Translations under genes and position numbers: made by a program | Shown: in pieces, positions 26,614 through 36,053 of the stretch | Layout: every line of letters begins with the position of its first letter | Numbering within the stretch: the stretch's first letter is position 1 | Notes under the pieces: model-generated | Database searches by the model: none | What the model was told of the DNA's origin: nothing | The model's input: the letters and a program-made list of their open reading frames with translations, nothing else | From: Methanosaeta sp. UBA114 | GTDB taxonomy: Archaea > Halobacteriota > Methanosarcinia > Methanotrichales > Methanotrichaceae | Direction: 5' to 3' | Assembly: GCA_002506335.1 (NCBI GenBank) | Contig: DAXJ01000014.1 | Coordinates: 1 to 51,450, forward strand | Length of the DNA: 51,450 bases

Positions 26614-27846
26614 TCATCCGTCGAGGTCAGCGAGGGTGTGCTGAAGCGCAGACTTCCTGATATTTAAGCATCTTCTGGCAGCCTGCTCCACCCTGTCCCT
26701 CTCTTCTGCCTTGGCGTAGATTCCAAACCTCCAGGTGGCCTGGTGGGCCTTCTCCAGCATGGCGACCAGAGGTGATATATCCCTCAGGGGCCTGGCGTTA
26801 CTGGTGTTGTTGCCGGCATCGCCGTAGTCTTTGGAATCGCCGGCCGTCAAAACCAGAAAATCGCCCTCTGGGGCATCTGGGAGTTGAGGGTTATCGACGA
26901 GGACGTACTCAGGGTCAACGCCCGCCTCCTCCGCCACCTCCATGGCTATACGCCTCTCCGCACCCTTGGGCCTGGACCCACCGATCTCCTCTAGACCCAC
27001 GTAAACAGCGCGCTTCAGAAGCTTCCTGGATTTTATCATTAAAGCCATCTCACCGGCATAGCCTCCAGCTTCGGCCATGGATGTAAAGAGTCTCATGTCA
27101 TCCATGGCCTTGATCTCCTCGGCCTTCCTTACTCCGTCATCTATCATACTTCTTATGCCCGCGGCCACCATGCTCTCCGAGATCCTGCTTACATGGTGGT
27201 AGTAGACCGAAGGGTGCATAAGGAGCCTGGATATGAGGAGGGAGGTGGCAGCCTGGGCGCCTCCTGAGTCTACCACCAGGTGGCTACCTTTGAGTCTCAT
27301 CCTCTGGAGAAGCCTGGGCAGATCTATCACACCGTAGGCTACGCCGGTATAGTGAGAGTCCCTCATGAGGTAGTCCATCCTGTCCACATCGATCTCGCTG
27401 CTGACCACCTGGCCTAAAGGTCCATCACCCTTGACCAGGGACTGTATTTCCTGGGGCAAGAGATCATGGGCATCCAGGACCTCCTTGATCTCCCCCTTCC
27501 TCAAGATATCCCCTATATCAGTATGCCCCTTTCTGAGGTACGATGAGAGGGCGACCTCGGTGGCATGGGAGAGAGGCCCGTGGCCCACATCATGGAGGAG
27601 GGCAGAGGTTTTCACCTTCTTCGTATCGGCTTTCTCTAGGCTCAGATGCTCTGCCAGAACCCCTGCCAGATGGTAGACCCCAAGGCTGTGCTCAAAGCGG
27701 GTATGGTTGGCGCCGGGATAGACCAGGTTGGCCAAGCCCAGCTGCTTTATCCAGCGCAGTCTCTGGACCTGGGGCGTGTCTATAAAGGCCTTGGCCATCT
27801 CATCCACCTTGACGTACCCATGGATGGGGTCTCTGATCTCCATCAT
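26614..27846 (-). CDS. HD-domain phosphohydrolase of the COG1078/SAMHD1-like type
   Basis: IRDPIHGYV...QRLRWIKQLG...RFEHSLGVYHLA...LLHDVGHGPLSH...DRMDYLMRDSHYTG. Confidence 0.8.
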   Translation of the reverse strand: MMEIRDPIHGYVKVDEMAKAFIDTPQVQRLRWIKQLGLANLVYPGANHTRFEHSLGVYHLAGVLAEHLSLEKADTKKVKTSALLHDVGHGPLSHATEVALSSYLRKGHTDIGDILRKGEIKEVLDAHDLLPQEIQSLVKGDGPLGQVVSSEIDVDRMDYLMRDSHYTGVAYGVIDLPRLLQRMRLKGSHLVVDSGGAQAATSLLISRLLMHPSVYYHHVSRISESMVAAGIRSMIDDGVRKAEEIKAMDDMRLFTSMAEAGGYAGEMALMIKSRKLLKRAVYVGLEEIGGSRPKGAERRIAMEVAEEAGVDPEYVLVDNPQLPDAPEGDFLVLTAGDSKDYGDAGNNTSNARPLRDISPLVAMLEKAHQATWRFGIYAKAEERDRVEQAARRCLNIRKSALQHTLADLDG

Positions 27847-28009
27847 CAGGGCATCCGGACTCTTCTTCCTATTTAAAGGGCGCAGCCTGGGGTCTTCGAA
27901 ACCTCACTTAGACCCTCAAATTCGAGGATTAACGGCTAATCTTGAGAGGATTTGCTCTCCATCAGTCCATAACAAAAGGGAAATAGTAAGATAGATGATC
28001 ATCTGAACA

Positions 28010-28720
28010 GTGGATCTGGATATCTCAGAGCTGGAGCTCAAAGAGCCTCTTCCTGTGGTCGGGGCCGAGGACTTAAGAAAGAGTCTGGGACGCCTTCGGG
28101 AGAAGATTAAGGCAGCCCACGAAAGCTCCATAGATACCAAGAAGAGCTACGACCTTTACACCCTAGCCGTTGAGGATCTTTTGAGGGTGGACGTATCTGG
28201 ATGCATTTCGAGGCGTGCGGAGGCATCATGGGAGCTATCCCGGGCTGTAAGTATCGCCAAGGCCAGCTTTAGAGGAACGAGCATGCCAAGTGCTAGAACT
28301 CTTTCCTACTTCTCGAAGCTCTACGGCTTCTACGCCATAGCCTTTGGCATTGTCTCTACTGCCCTTTTTGACTTCCTTTTATTCTCTTATCCAAATGAGT
28401 CAGCCCTTGGAGTGCCCCTCTGGTCGGCCTTTTTTGCTGGAATGGGGTCTTCTATTCAGATATTGATAGGCGTTCTAAGGGACCTTCTTGATGATGGCCT
28501 GGTAACGGGGTATAGGCGGCCATGGTATATAGTGCTGCCATTCCTAGCGGCTATCTTCGGATACGTAGCTTACCTATTGCTGAGTAGCAGCACCTTCACC
28601 TTTGATATCTGCTCCCAAAAAGGCTCTATAGCTCTCATTTGCTTTGCTATAGGTTTTACAACCAATTGGATAGTAAGGGTGCTATCCAGGGCATTTGATG
28701 TAAAGGTTGCCAAAATATAG
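28010..28720 (+). CDS. Membrane protein: soluble N-terminal region of about 100 aa plus roughly 4 TM helices
   Basis: 236-aa ORF with a GTG start. Hydrophobic segments begin at YGFYAIAFGIV. No family recognised. Confidence 0.45.
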   Translation: MDLDISELELKEPLPVVGAEDLRKSLGRLREKIKAAHESSIDTKKSYDLYTLAVEDLLRVDVSGCISRRAEASWELSRAVSIAKASFRGTSMPSARTLSYFSKLYGFYAIAFGIVSTALFDFLLFSYPNESALGVPLWSAFFAGMGSSIQILIGVLRDLLDDGLVTGYRRPWYIVLPFLAAIFGYVAYLLLSSSTFTFDICSQKGSIALICFAIGFTTNWIVRVLSRAFDVKVAKI

Positions 28721-28845
28721 AAGCATCTAACGCGTATCACTTCTATTGGGCATTAGAATTGGGTTTAAAGAAGCTGGTAAATTAAGAGAACGCAGGGATC
28801 AGGGGTATCCCAAGCCCCTGGTTCTCCGAGCTTCTAGTTTTAGAT

Positions 28846-31800
28846 TTAGGTTATGATAACTCGTCCATTCTCCCTTCTCACGTTTCCAAGCCCCGTGGGG
28901 TTGGTGCTAGCGTTCCACGTGTTCCTAGGCCCAAAGCTATCGGGGCTCAATACATCGCTTTCCCACGCATCCTTGACGCGCTCCAGCTCCCTGCCCTCGT
29001 AGATTAGGGCCACGTCCCTGAGGTGCAGCCTGGAGCTCTTGCCCACCATGATGAACCTGGCAGGGTTGAACTCCAGGGTCATGGTCCTGTTGCCCTTATC
29101 TTGCCTGGCAGTGACCGAATCCCTTCCCATAACATCATCCTGGTCATCATCCAGGCGCCCGGAGATTGTGTAGTTGCCGGGCTTTACCACTCTTACCTCG
29201 ATGCCTATGCAGATCTTGCTCAAGCTGCTGGAGTTGGTGTAATTCCCGGTGAGGAATGCTGCAGGCGGCTGGAACTCCTTGGGATTTCTATCTATCACCG
29301 AAGAGTTGCGGTAAATGTCTATCAGGTCTCCCCTGTCGTTGTAAAGGAAAAGGCTATCGATCTTCATGGGCCCGCATCCTTCTTCCTTCCAGAGATCTCT
29401 GCCATTCACATCGACCTTGATGACGTCGCTGGTCGAGAGGTGTGAAGCTCCCCTGAGCCACTTGATGCGGTTGCCCTGGCAATCGGTAAGCTCTCCCTCG
29501 ATACTATAGTTGCCGGGAGACGTCGTGTTGATCCCAAAGCCCAGGGAGAGCTTATCGAAGAACCCATCTTTATCCAGGTCCAGGACGTCTGCGCACTTCA
29601 TGCACTGGATGGTCGTGCCTGACACGGTCAGGCTCACGGGGATCTGATACGACTCATTGGATGCCGTGATCTCCAGCTCACCGTCGAAGTAGCGACTTGG
29701 GGCGTCTTTAGGCACTGAGATGCTGATGTTCACCCTGGCGCTGGAGCCGTTGCCGATGGTTGAGGGACCTTTTGCGGAGATCCAGTCCCAGGATTCTTTA
29801 AGATAAGTAGTGATATCCACTATGTAGGGCTCTTTGGTATTCTGGGGGACGTCATAGCCGTAGACCCACATGTTCCACTTCCCAGGTTTAGGATTGCTGA
29901 CATCTCGGTACCCCAGAATGTTGATCCCCACCGAGGCGTAAATCTCATTGCTATCGGGATCCCTTAGAAGAAAGGCGACACCACGTGCATCATCCTGGGT
30001 GCTGGCATTGACCAGGAGCCTGCTCGTGCCCTCGGGCACGTAGAAGGATTTCTCCTCAAAATCATCGCTACCAACTGCTCCTTCAAACCCCTGGTGGCTC
30101 ATGTTCTGGTTTATGCCCTGGTATGTGATGTTTGTCAGGGCCTCGCCGCCGTTATTCACCTGGACGCTGGTCTGGACGCTGGCCCCTGGAAGAAGGGATC
30201 CGGCGTTCCAGCGCTTGGGCGAGGACTCCACCAGGTCTCTCTCCACCTCCAGTCTGTATTTCACGACCCCTTGGATGGATTTGGCATGGATCGCCAAGAT
30301 CCACCTGCCTGATGGAGGCTGTTGGTTTACATCGATGGCCTCGTGGAAGCCGTCCTGGCTACCTGAGTAATACTCGCTGGTGGGTGCGAGGAGGAAGAGG
30401 TCCAGATCTCCTGGGTCATTCCAGCCCAGGCTCGCCCTAAGCTCACTGGTGCCTAGGGGTACATCGATGTAGTAGTAACTCCACTTGCGGCCGTCGAGCG
30501 TGCCTTTCCTGGAGGTCCTGCCAAGGGGGAGCTCCAGAGGCTCTGCCACCTCCACAGAGACCGGAACCGAGGATAGGTGCTCTCCTCCGGCCGTTACCTT
30601 CAAGGAGCCGCTGTGAATCCCAGGGGCTGCGCCATTGGGCACGGTCAGGGTTACTCTGAAGGGCCTCTGACTGTTGGCCTCCAGGTTTTTGGGCAGAGGC
30701 TCGATGGTCATCCAGTCGGATACCTCTCCGGTGGCTTCGACAGTAACATCCTTCAGGGCCTCATTGGTGGAGAAGACCAGCTCGGCTGAGTCCTGATCCT
30801 TGGGGGCCAGGGTATAAATCTTCTTCTGGGGTCTGTCGGCGCTGGTGTCCAGGCCCACATAGATGCCTTTGCCCGCCGGCAGATAGGCCCATTTTCCAGC
30901 CTCCCACCTGTCAGGGGTGACGGCGGAGAGGTTATCCTTCAGTATCTTGTAGGATCTCTCGGCATCAAGAAGACCAGCTCCCTGATAGTACTCCTCGTAC
31001 TGTTCTCCCTGGCTGTTGTTCAGCTTGTCCGCTCCCAGTACCATGGCGGCATTGACCCCGGCTGGCGTAAGGTTTTTATCGGCCTGAAGGAGGAGGGCGG
31101 CCACGCCCGCGGCCACCGGTGTGGAGAGGCTGGTGCCCGACTGCTTGGCATAGTACATGTCCACGTAGTTAGGGTGTTCAAGGCCCGAAGGCACCGTGGA
31201 GACCACGCCTACACCCGGGGCCACCACGGTGGGCTTGATCCTGCCGTCTCTGGTGGGTCCTGATCCGCTGAAGATCGCTATGTGGTTAAGGTTATCAGTG
31301 GCCCCTATGGTTGCGACCTTTACGCCGTCTCCGGGGGAGTCTACGAGGCCTGGGGGAAGGGCAACTACCAGGAGGAGCAAGAGAACTTCCTGACTGCTGG
31401 AACCCCTACCTTCCGGTCTCCCAAGCTGGCGGAAGTCGAAGTTGCCACCATCGATCTGGGTGGGTTCTATCAGACTCGAAACGCCCTCGGACCTTGTGTT
31501 GTTCCTGTTACCTGCAGCCACGCAGACCACGGCCCCTGCATCCACGGCATTATCCGCTGCCATGGTCACGGGTGGGTTGGTCTCTCCCAGGTTCATGCCG
31601 CCCAGGCTTAAGCTGAGCACGTCGGCCCCGTTGTCCAGGGCCCACTCTATCCCTGCTATGATGTCCGATATCCGGCCGTTTCCATCCTTGTTTATGACCT
31701 TCACATTGAGGAGGCTCGCACCGGGGGCCACCCCCTTATATTTGCCGCCGGAGGCAGCCCCCGACCCTGCCACGATTCCTGCCACCATGGTGCCGTGGCC

Positions 31801-32340
31801 TAAAAGATCGGTAGTGGTGGGCTCATCCCCGACGAAGTTCTTCTCTCCCACCACCCTTTCCGCCAGGTCAGGATGGTTCTTGTTTATTCCGGAATCTATG
31901 ATTGCTACTGTTACGCCATTGCCGTCTATGCCTTTTGCCCAAAGCTTGTCAGCTTTAACTATGGGGGAGGGATAGGTGGTGGTGCCGCCATTGATCGTAA
32001 TGTTCGGGGCAGCGTCCGCCATGTGGGTCTCCTTGTCCAGGAAGATCCCCTTGATCTGGCTGTTCTCCGAGAGGCTCCTTATCCCGGACGGGCTGGCTAC
32101 GCCTGCCACGGCGTTAATAAGGTGGTACCTGAAACTGACCTCAAGGCTCTCTAAGTTTCTTTCATTCTCACCTTGGAGGAGGACTATTACCGGAAGTTTA
32201 TCCACCCCTCCGCCCTTCATCATCTCGGCCAGGGCCGGATCAATCTTCTGGGTGGAGGAACTGCCTATATCGGCCAGTGCAAGAGACACCGTCGAAATCG
32301 TGAGGGCGGCGGCTATCAACATAAGAAGTTTCATTGCCAT
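28846..32340 (-). CDS. Large secreted subtilisin-like (S8) serine protease with extended C-terminal beta-rich domains
   Basis: Signal MAMKLLMLIAAALTISTVSLALA. Catalytic motifs are AIIDSGI (Asp), HGTMVAG (His), AAGN (oxyanion) and SGTSLSTP (Ser). 1164 aa. Confidence 0.85.
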   Translation of the reverse strand: MAMKLLMLIAAALTISTVSLALADIGSSSTQKIDPALAEMMKGGGVDKLPVIVLLQGENERNLESLEVSFRYHLINAVAGVASPSGIRSLSENSQIKGIFLDKETHMADAAPNITINGGTTTYPSPIVKADKLWAKGIDGNGVTVAIIDSGINKNHPDLAERVVGEKNFVGDEPTTTDLLGHGTMVAGIVAGSGAASGGKYKGVAPGASLLNVKVINKDGNGRISDIIAGIEWALDNGADVLSLSLGGMNLGETNPPVTMAADNAVDAGAVVCVAAGNRNNTRSEGVSSLIEPTQIDGGNFDFRQLGRPEGRGSSSQEVLLLLLVVALPPGLVDSPGDGVKVATIGATDNLNHIAIFSGSGPTRDGRIKPTVVAPGVGVVSTVPSGLEHPNYVDMYYAKQSGTSLSTPVAAGVAALLLQADKNLTPAGVNAAMVLGADKLNNSQGEQYEEYYQGAGLLDAERSYKILKDNLSAVTPDRWEAGKWAYLPAGKGIYVGLDTSADRPQKKIYTLAPKDQDSAELVFSTNEALKDVTVEATGEVSDWMTIEPLPKNLEANSQRPFRVTLTVPNGAAPGIHSGSLKVTAGGEHLSSVPVSVEVAEPLELPLGRTSRKGTLDGRKWSYYYIDVPLGTSELRASLGWNDPGDLDLFLLAPTSEYYSGSQDGFHEAIDVNQQPPSGRWILAIHAKSIQGVVKYRLEVERDLVESSPKRWNAGSLLPGASVQTSVQVNNGGEALTNITYQGINQNMSHQGFEGAVGSDDFEEKSFYVPEGTSRLLVNASTQDDARGVAFLLRDPDSNEIYASVGINILGYRDVSNPKPGKWNMWVYGYDVPQNTKEPYIVDITTYLKESWDWISAKGPSTIGNGSSARVNISISVPKDAPSRYFDGELEITASNESYQIPVSLTVSGTTIQCMKCADVLDLDKDGFFDKLSLGFGINTTSPGNYSIEGELTDCQGNRIKWLRGASHLSTSDVIKVDVNGRDLWKEEGCGPMKIDSLFLYNDRGDLIDIYRNSSVIDRNPKEFQPPAAFLTGNYTNSSSLSKICIGIEVRVVKPGNYTISGRLDDDQDDVMGRDSVTARQDKGNRTMTLEFNPARFIMVGKSSRLHLRDVALIYEGRELERVKDAWESDVLSPDSFGPRNTWNASTNPTGLGNVRRENGRVIIT

Positions 32341-32404
32341 ATACGACCTTATCGTGGGGACTTCCTGGGGGCATAGGGTCCTCGGTATCCCTTTCTAGCA
32401 GATA

Positions 32405-33232
32405 ATGCTAAATAAACCTGTGGTCCTTCTGTACTTGATGGTTCCCTCCTGGTCCGATGTGCTCTGGATAAGCCTCATCTTACTGATGGCATCAGCCCCT
32501 ATGGGCAGGTGGTCCCGGGCATGGGCCCTGGCCAGCCTCGGCTGGGTCACCTTTGGGATCTATTGGCTGGCCAAGCCCTGGAGCTATCTGGCCATGGAGG
32601 ACTACTTCAACGCCTTGCTGACAGTGGCTGCGGCGCTACTTTGCTTCTACATAGCCCGGATAATAGCTTCCAAGGGTCTCGCTTCCCAGGAGCCCTCTAA
32701 GGCCTGCACTTGGATCAGCTATGCTGCAGCCATATGTGGCCTGATATATTTCCCCTTTGCAGAGATTGCGCCCCTCCAGGCCTGGCTCATAGGCCAGACG
32801 ACCTCGGTGACCATCGCCCTCCTGGAGGCCTTCTCTATCCCCGTGATCAGGGTGGGCGTGAACACCATGGTCTTGAACGGAAGGTCGGTCCAAATCATCT
32901 TGGCCTGCACGGCCATAGAGAGCATCGCTCTCTTCGTTGGCCTCATCCTATCGGTCAGAGCTCCTATTCATCGGAGGGCTGCAGCTCTGGCGGTATCGAT
33001 CATGGCCATATACTCCCTGAACATCGTGAGGAATGCTTTTGTCCTCATGGCTTACGGTGATGGCTGGTTTGGCGATGACAGCTTCTACGTGGCCCACAAC
33101 GTCATAGCCAAGGCCGGCTCCATGGTTGCTCTCCTGGCCGTGGCCTACGTAGTTCTTACCGTCCTTCCGGAGCTCCTGAACATCATGGACGAGTTAGCCT
33201 GGGAGATAAAGCACCCCGGAGGTGCGGCTTGA
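32405..33232 (+). CDS. Archaeosortase/exosortase-family transpeptidase
   Basis: Polytopic 275-aa protein with ACTAIES (Cys), NIVRN (Arg) and YVAHNV (His), matching the exosortase/archaeosortase catalytic pattern. Confidence 0.7.
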   Translation: MLNKPVVLLYLMVPSWSDVLWISLILLMASAPMGRWSRAWALASLGWVTFGIYWLAKPWSYLAMEDYFNALLTVAAALLCFYIARIIASKGLASQEPSKACTWISYAAAICGLIYFPFAEIAPLQAWLIGQTTSVTIALLEAFSIPVIRVGVNTMVLNGRSVQIILACTAIESIALFVGLILSVRAPIHRRAAALAVSIMAIYSLNIVRNAFVLMAYGDGWFGDDSFYVAHNVIAKAGSMVALLAVAYVVLTVLPELLNIMDELAWEIKHPGGAA

Positions 33233-33816
33233 AGCTGGCTAAGGGATCCACGCCCTGGGTTTCAGCTCCTCTGATAGCTTCGGCCATCCTGGTGGCGGTA
33301 GGTCCCTGGTACGGCCTGGCCATAGCCATCCTGGGGTCTATCTTCATGATCTTCTTCCACAGGGATCCCGAGCGAACGCCCCTCGGTGAGGGCCTTATCT
33401 CACCCGCCGATGGGAGGATACTTATAGCGGATCCTCAACGCCTGGCAGTCTTCATGGGGCCCACAGATGTCCACGTCACCAGGTCCCCAGTGGATGGCGT
33501 AATCAAGGATGTGGAGTACAGGAAAGGCAGCCATCTGCCGGCCTTCCTGATCCGGTCTGCCAGGAACCAGCAGAACAGGATAACCCTGGGTACCAAGGAT
33601 GGCGAAATGGATCTTTACCAGATCACGGGCGCCATGGCCAGGCGGATTGTGACCTACGTGAAGCCGGAGGACAGGGTTATCAGGGGAGAGCGCCTGGGTA
33701 TGATACGTTTTGGATCCAGGGTGGACGTCACCATACCGCCGGGTTACCATCTAGCTGTGAAGCTGGGAGATAAGGTTAAAGCAGGGGAGACAGTTATTGC
33801 GGTGAAGGATTCATGA
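33229..33816 (+). CDS. psd: Archaetidylserine (phosphatidylserine) decarboxylase, short form
   Basis: 195 aa. IRFGSRVDV contains the G-S self-cleavage motif. 4-nt overlap with the archaeosortase gene. Confidence 0.75.
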   Translation: MKLAKGSTPWVSAPLIASAILVAVGPWYGLAIAILGSIFMIFFHRDPERTPLGEGLISPADGRILIADPQRLAVFMGPTDVHVTRSPVDGVIKDVEYRKGSHLPAFLIRSARNQQNRITLGTKDGEMDLYQITGAMARRIVTYVKPEDRVIRGERLGMIRFGSRVDVTIPPGYHLAVKLGDKVKAGETVIAVKDS

Positions 33817-34463
33817 ATGTCTTTAAAGCCCTCAGGATCCCAGACCTCTTTTCCCTTCTCAACGCCTTCTTCGGCCTTCTGGCAATCCTGGCCGCGGGCG
33901 CGGGCTCGCCTTACGTGCCTGTGATCTTCGTATTCCTATCGGCCGCCGCAGATGGCTTAGATGGCCTCGTTGCCCGAAGGTTCGGGTCAGGGGTTCTTGG
34001 GGCCAACTTGGACTCCCTGGCTGATCTGATCTCCTTCGGCGTAGCTCCGGCCGTCCTCTTCCTAGGGATCTTCGGAGGTCCCTGGCCTGCGGTCCTGGTG
34101 GCCCTGGCCTACCTCACCTGCGGAATACTTCGCCTGGCCAGGTTCAACGTATCCAAGAGCAGCAGCTACTTCGAGGGCCTTCCCATCACTGCCGCAGGGA
34201 TAGCTGCTGCGGCCAGCGTTCTGGCAGACCGGCAGATCTTCACACTCCTTTTGATGCTAGTCCTGGCTGCCTTCATGGCCAGCAGCGTGCCTTTCCCCAA
34301 GATCCGTGACCCCAGGGTCATAGGGGCCTTTGCAGTGGTCTTGGCCGCTTCAACCTCCCTGGTAATGCTGCAGAGAGACGCGGGGTGCGCTCTGATGCTC
34401 CTGGCCATTACGACCTACCTGTCAAGTCCGGTGGTGGTTCCATACCTGCGAAGAAAGAGATAG
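33813..34463 (+). CDS. pssA: CDP-alcohol phosphatidyltransferase, archaetidylserine synthase-like
   Basis: ADGLDGLVARRFGSGVLGANLDSLADL fits the DG..AR...G...D...D motif. 4-nt overlap with psd. Confidence 0.8.
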   Translation: MNVFKALRIPDLFSLLNAFFGLLAILAAGAGSPYVPVIFVFLSAAADGLDGLVARRFGSGVLGANLDSLADLISFGVAPAVLFLGIFGGPWPAVLVALAYLTCGILRLARFNVSKSSSYFEGLPITAAGIAAAASVLADRQIFTLLLMLVLAAFMASSVPFPKIRDPRVIGAFAVVLAASTSLVMLQRDAGCALMLLAITTYLSSPVVVPYLRRKR

Positions 34464-34768
34464 CTGCCTTTGAAGCTGGTATAAAGCTGGGCGCACTGTA
34501 CCACCAGTTCGTTGGGGCTCCTGTAAGTCCAAAGACCGCCGAGCGACTGGAGGCAGCCATGGAAGCAAGCATGTCCCTCCAGCCCCACGTCAAGAGCGCT
34601 AAGGTGAAAATAAACCGAGAGATGCTTTTGGAGAACGCCTTTGGCTACGGGGAGCTCCAAGGAAGGATGATCCTGGCCGAGGTGGAGATCGACTATCAGG
34701 GCGAAGTCATAAGGGCCAAGCTGGAGTACGATCCCGCCCTGGATTATCCTATGATGAGGCTGATCTAA
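34385..34768 (+). CDS. mptD: Archaeal dihydroneopterin aldolase, MptD-like
   Basis: AFEAGIKLGALYHQFVGAPVS matches the MptD family as I remember it. The GTG start overlaps pssA by 79 nt, so the start is uncertain. Confidence 0.65.
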   Translation: MRSDAPGHYDLPVKSGGGSIPAKKEIAAFEAGIKLGALYHQFVGAPVSPKTAERLEAAMEASMSLQPHVKSAKVKINREMLLENAFGYGELQGRMILAEVEIDYQGEVIRAKLEYDPALDYPMMRLI

Positions 34769-35618
34769 TCTCCTGTATCTGCCGAGGATATGAAGGTTGC
34801 CAGGAGGGCGGTCGCCACCAGTCCAGCGTATGATGGGGGCAGGAGATTAACTGTGAACACCGGTATGGCCTGTGCAGGGCTGATCTTTTGGCCTCCGTGG
34901 GGCTTTGGGCTGTGAAGATGCAGGAGCGCTATGTTGGGATCCACCAGATAGGCCGATACCACTATCAAAAGCGTAGATACGATATCAAAGGGGTCCATCT
35001 GTGGAGACATCGGAAAGCTTTGGGCAAGGATCAAGCCGGGATCAAGGACCCCATTCTGTCCTGGTGACGAAGAAGGCAACCCCAATTAGGATTATGATGA
35101 ATTGGATGAGATCGGCCCTCACCAATGAGACCCTGGCCACCTATGAAGGTATAGAGGATGAAGGCCGCTGTGAATATCGGCATAAAGAGGGTTTCTGACC
35201 CGAGGAAGATGGCGCCAGCGGCCTTTTCCGCAGCCACGATCTGAACGGCGACATCCCAACCTAGGATACTTCAACCAGGGCCGAGGCCACATTCTTGAAC
35301 CCTCCGGGAAGGCCTTTGTTGAACCCAAGTCGTGCCATGTCTACCGTTGCAGATGCGTCGACGACGGTGGCGCAGAAAGTGCCTGTGAAAAGGATGAGAT
35401 TGAGGCTCCTTCCGGCCAGGTGATACTCCCCCTGGTGTAGTTTCCTTGCACGGTAATCCCCAAGGCCAGCATTCCCACCATATATGCCGCAATGGCAGTA
35501 TTGATATCCTCCGTCGCGATTTTCTCCGATGTAAACCTGCCGTTGCGATATTGTAAACCAGTATTCCCGAGTGACGTTTACAATATGATAAAGCTTTCGG
35601 AGCAACTTTTATATTCAA
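34765..35618 (-). pseudogene. Fragmented polytopic membrane protein gene spread over at least 3 frames
   Basis: Membrane-like segments appear in different frames: NTAIAAYMVGMLALGITVQG, then GTFCATVVDASATVDMARLGF, then AAGAIFLGSETLFMPIFTAAFILYTFIGG, then VSTLLIVVSAYLV. Family not identified. Confidence 0.4.
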
Positions 35619-35639
35619 AACCCTGCTATAAAGCCGTGG

Positions 35640-36041
35640 ATGAAAGGGATGGAGTTTAGAATCGAAAATTATTTCATAAAGGCCTTCATCGCCTCTATGC
35701 TCCTGGCTCTGGTGATGATGGCCATAGCCTTAGGCTTGATATACCTATTCAGATTCGGCCCACCGATTCCTCCCTCGGTGATACTGGTTATGACCGCGGT
35801 CTCCTTCGTCCTCTCCGCCTCTTTCTTCGAGAGGTACGAGGTGGGATCCATCATGTGGTCCACCCTGGTTTCCCTCATTATCACCTTTCTCCTGACCCTT
35901 GTCTCTGGAGGTGTGATCTATTTCCTATCGGTAAACAGCCTAGGTTGGGAGGAGTTTCTGTCATCCCTGGCAGCCTGTACCATAATATCCATGGCCCTCC
36001 TCAACCATCTGAAGCGAATCCTTGGGACGATTGAGTGTTGA
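35640..36041 (+). CDS. Small membrane protein with about 4 TM helices
   Basis: 133-aa hydrophobic ORF. No family recognised. Confidence 0.5.
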   Translation: MKGMEFRIENYFIKAFIASMLLALVMMAIALGLIYLFRFGPPIPPSVILVMTAVSFVLSASFFERYEVGSIMWSTLVSLIITFLLTLVSGGVIYFLSVNSLGWEEFLSSLAACTIISMALLNHLKRILGTIEC

Positions 36042-36053
36042 TATATCTAAACA

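Noticed and set aside
26614-28720. The SAMHD1-like HD phosphohydrolase and the divergent 4-TM protein as a possible dNTP-depletion defence pair.
   Set aside because: COG1078-type HD proteins are widespread housekeeping genes in archaea. The neighbour is divergently transcribed. Nothing else at the locus (no sensor, no mobile-element context) suggests a defence function.
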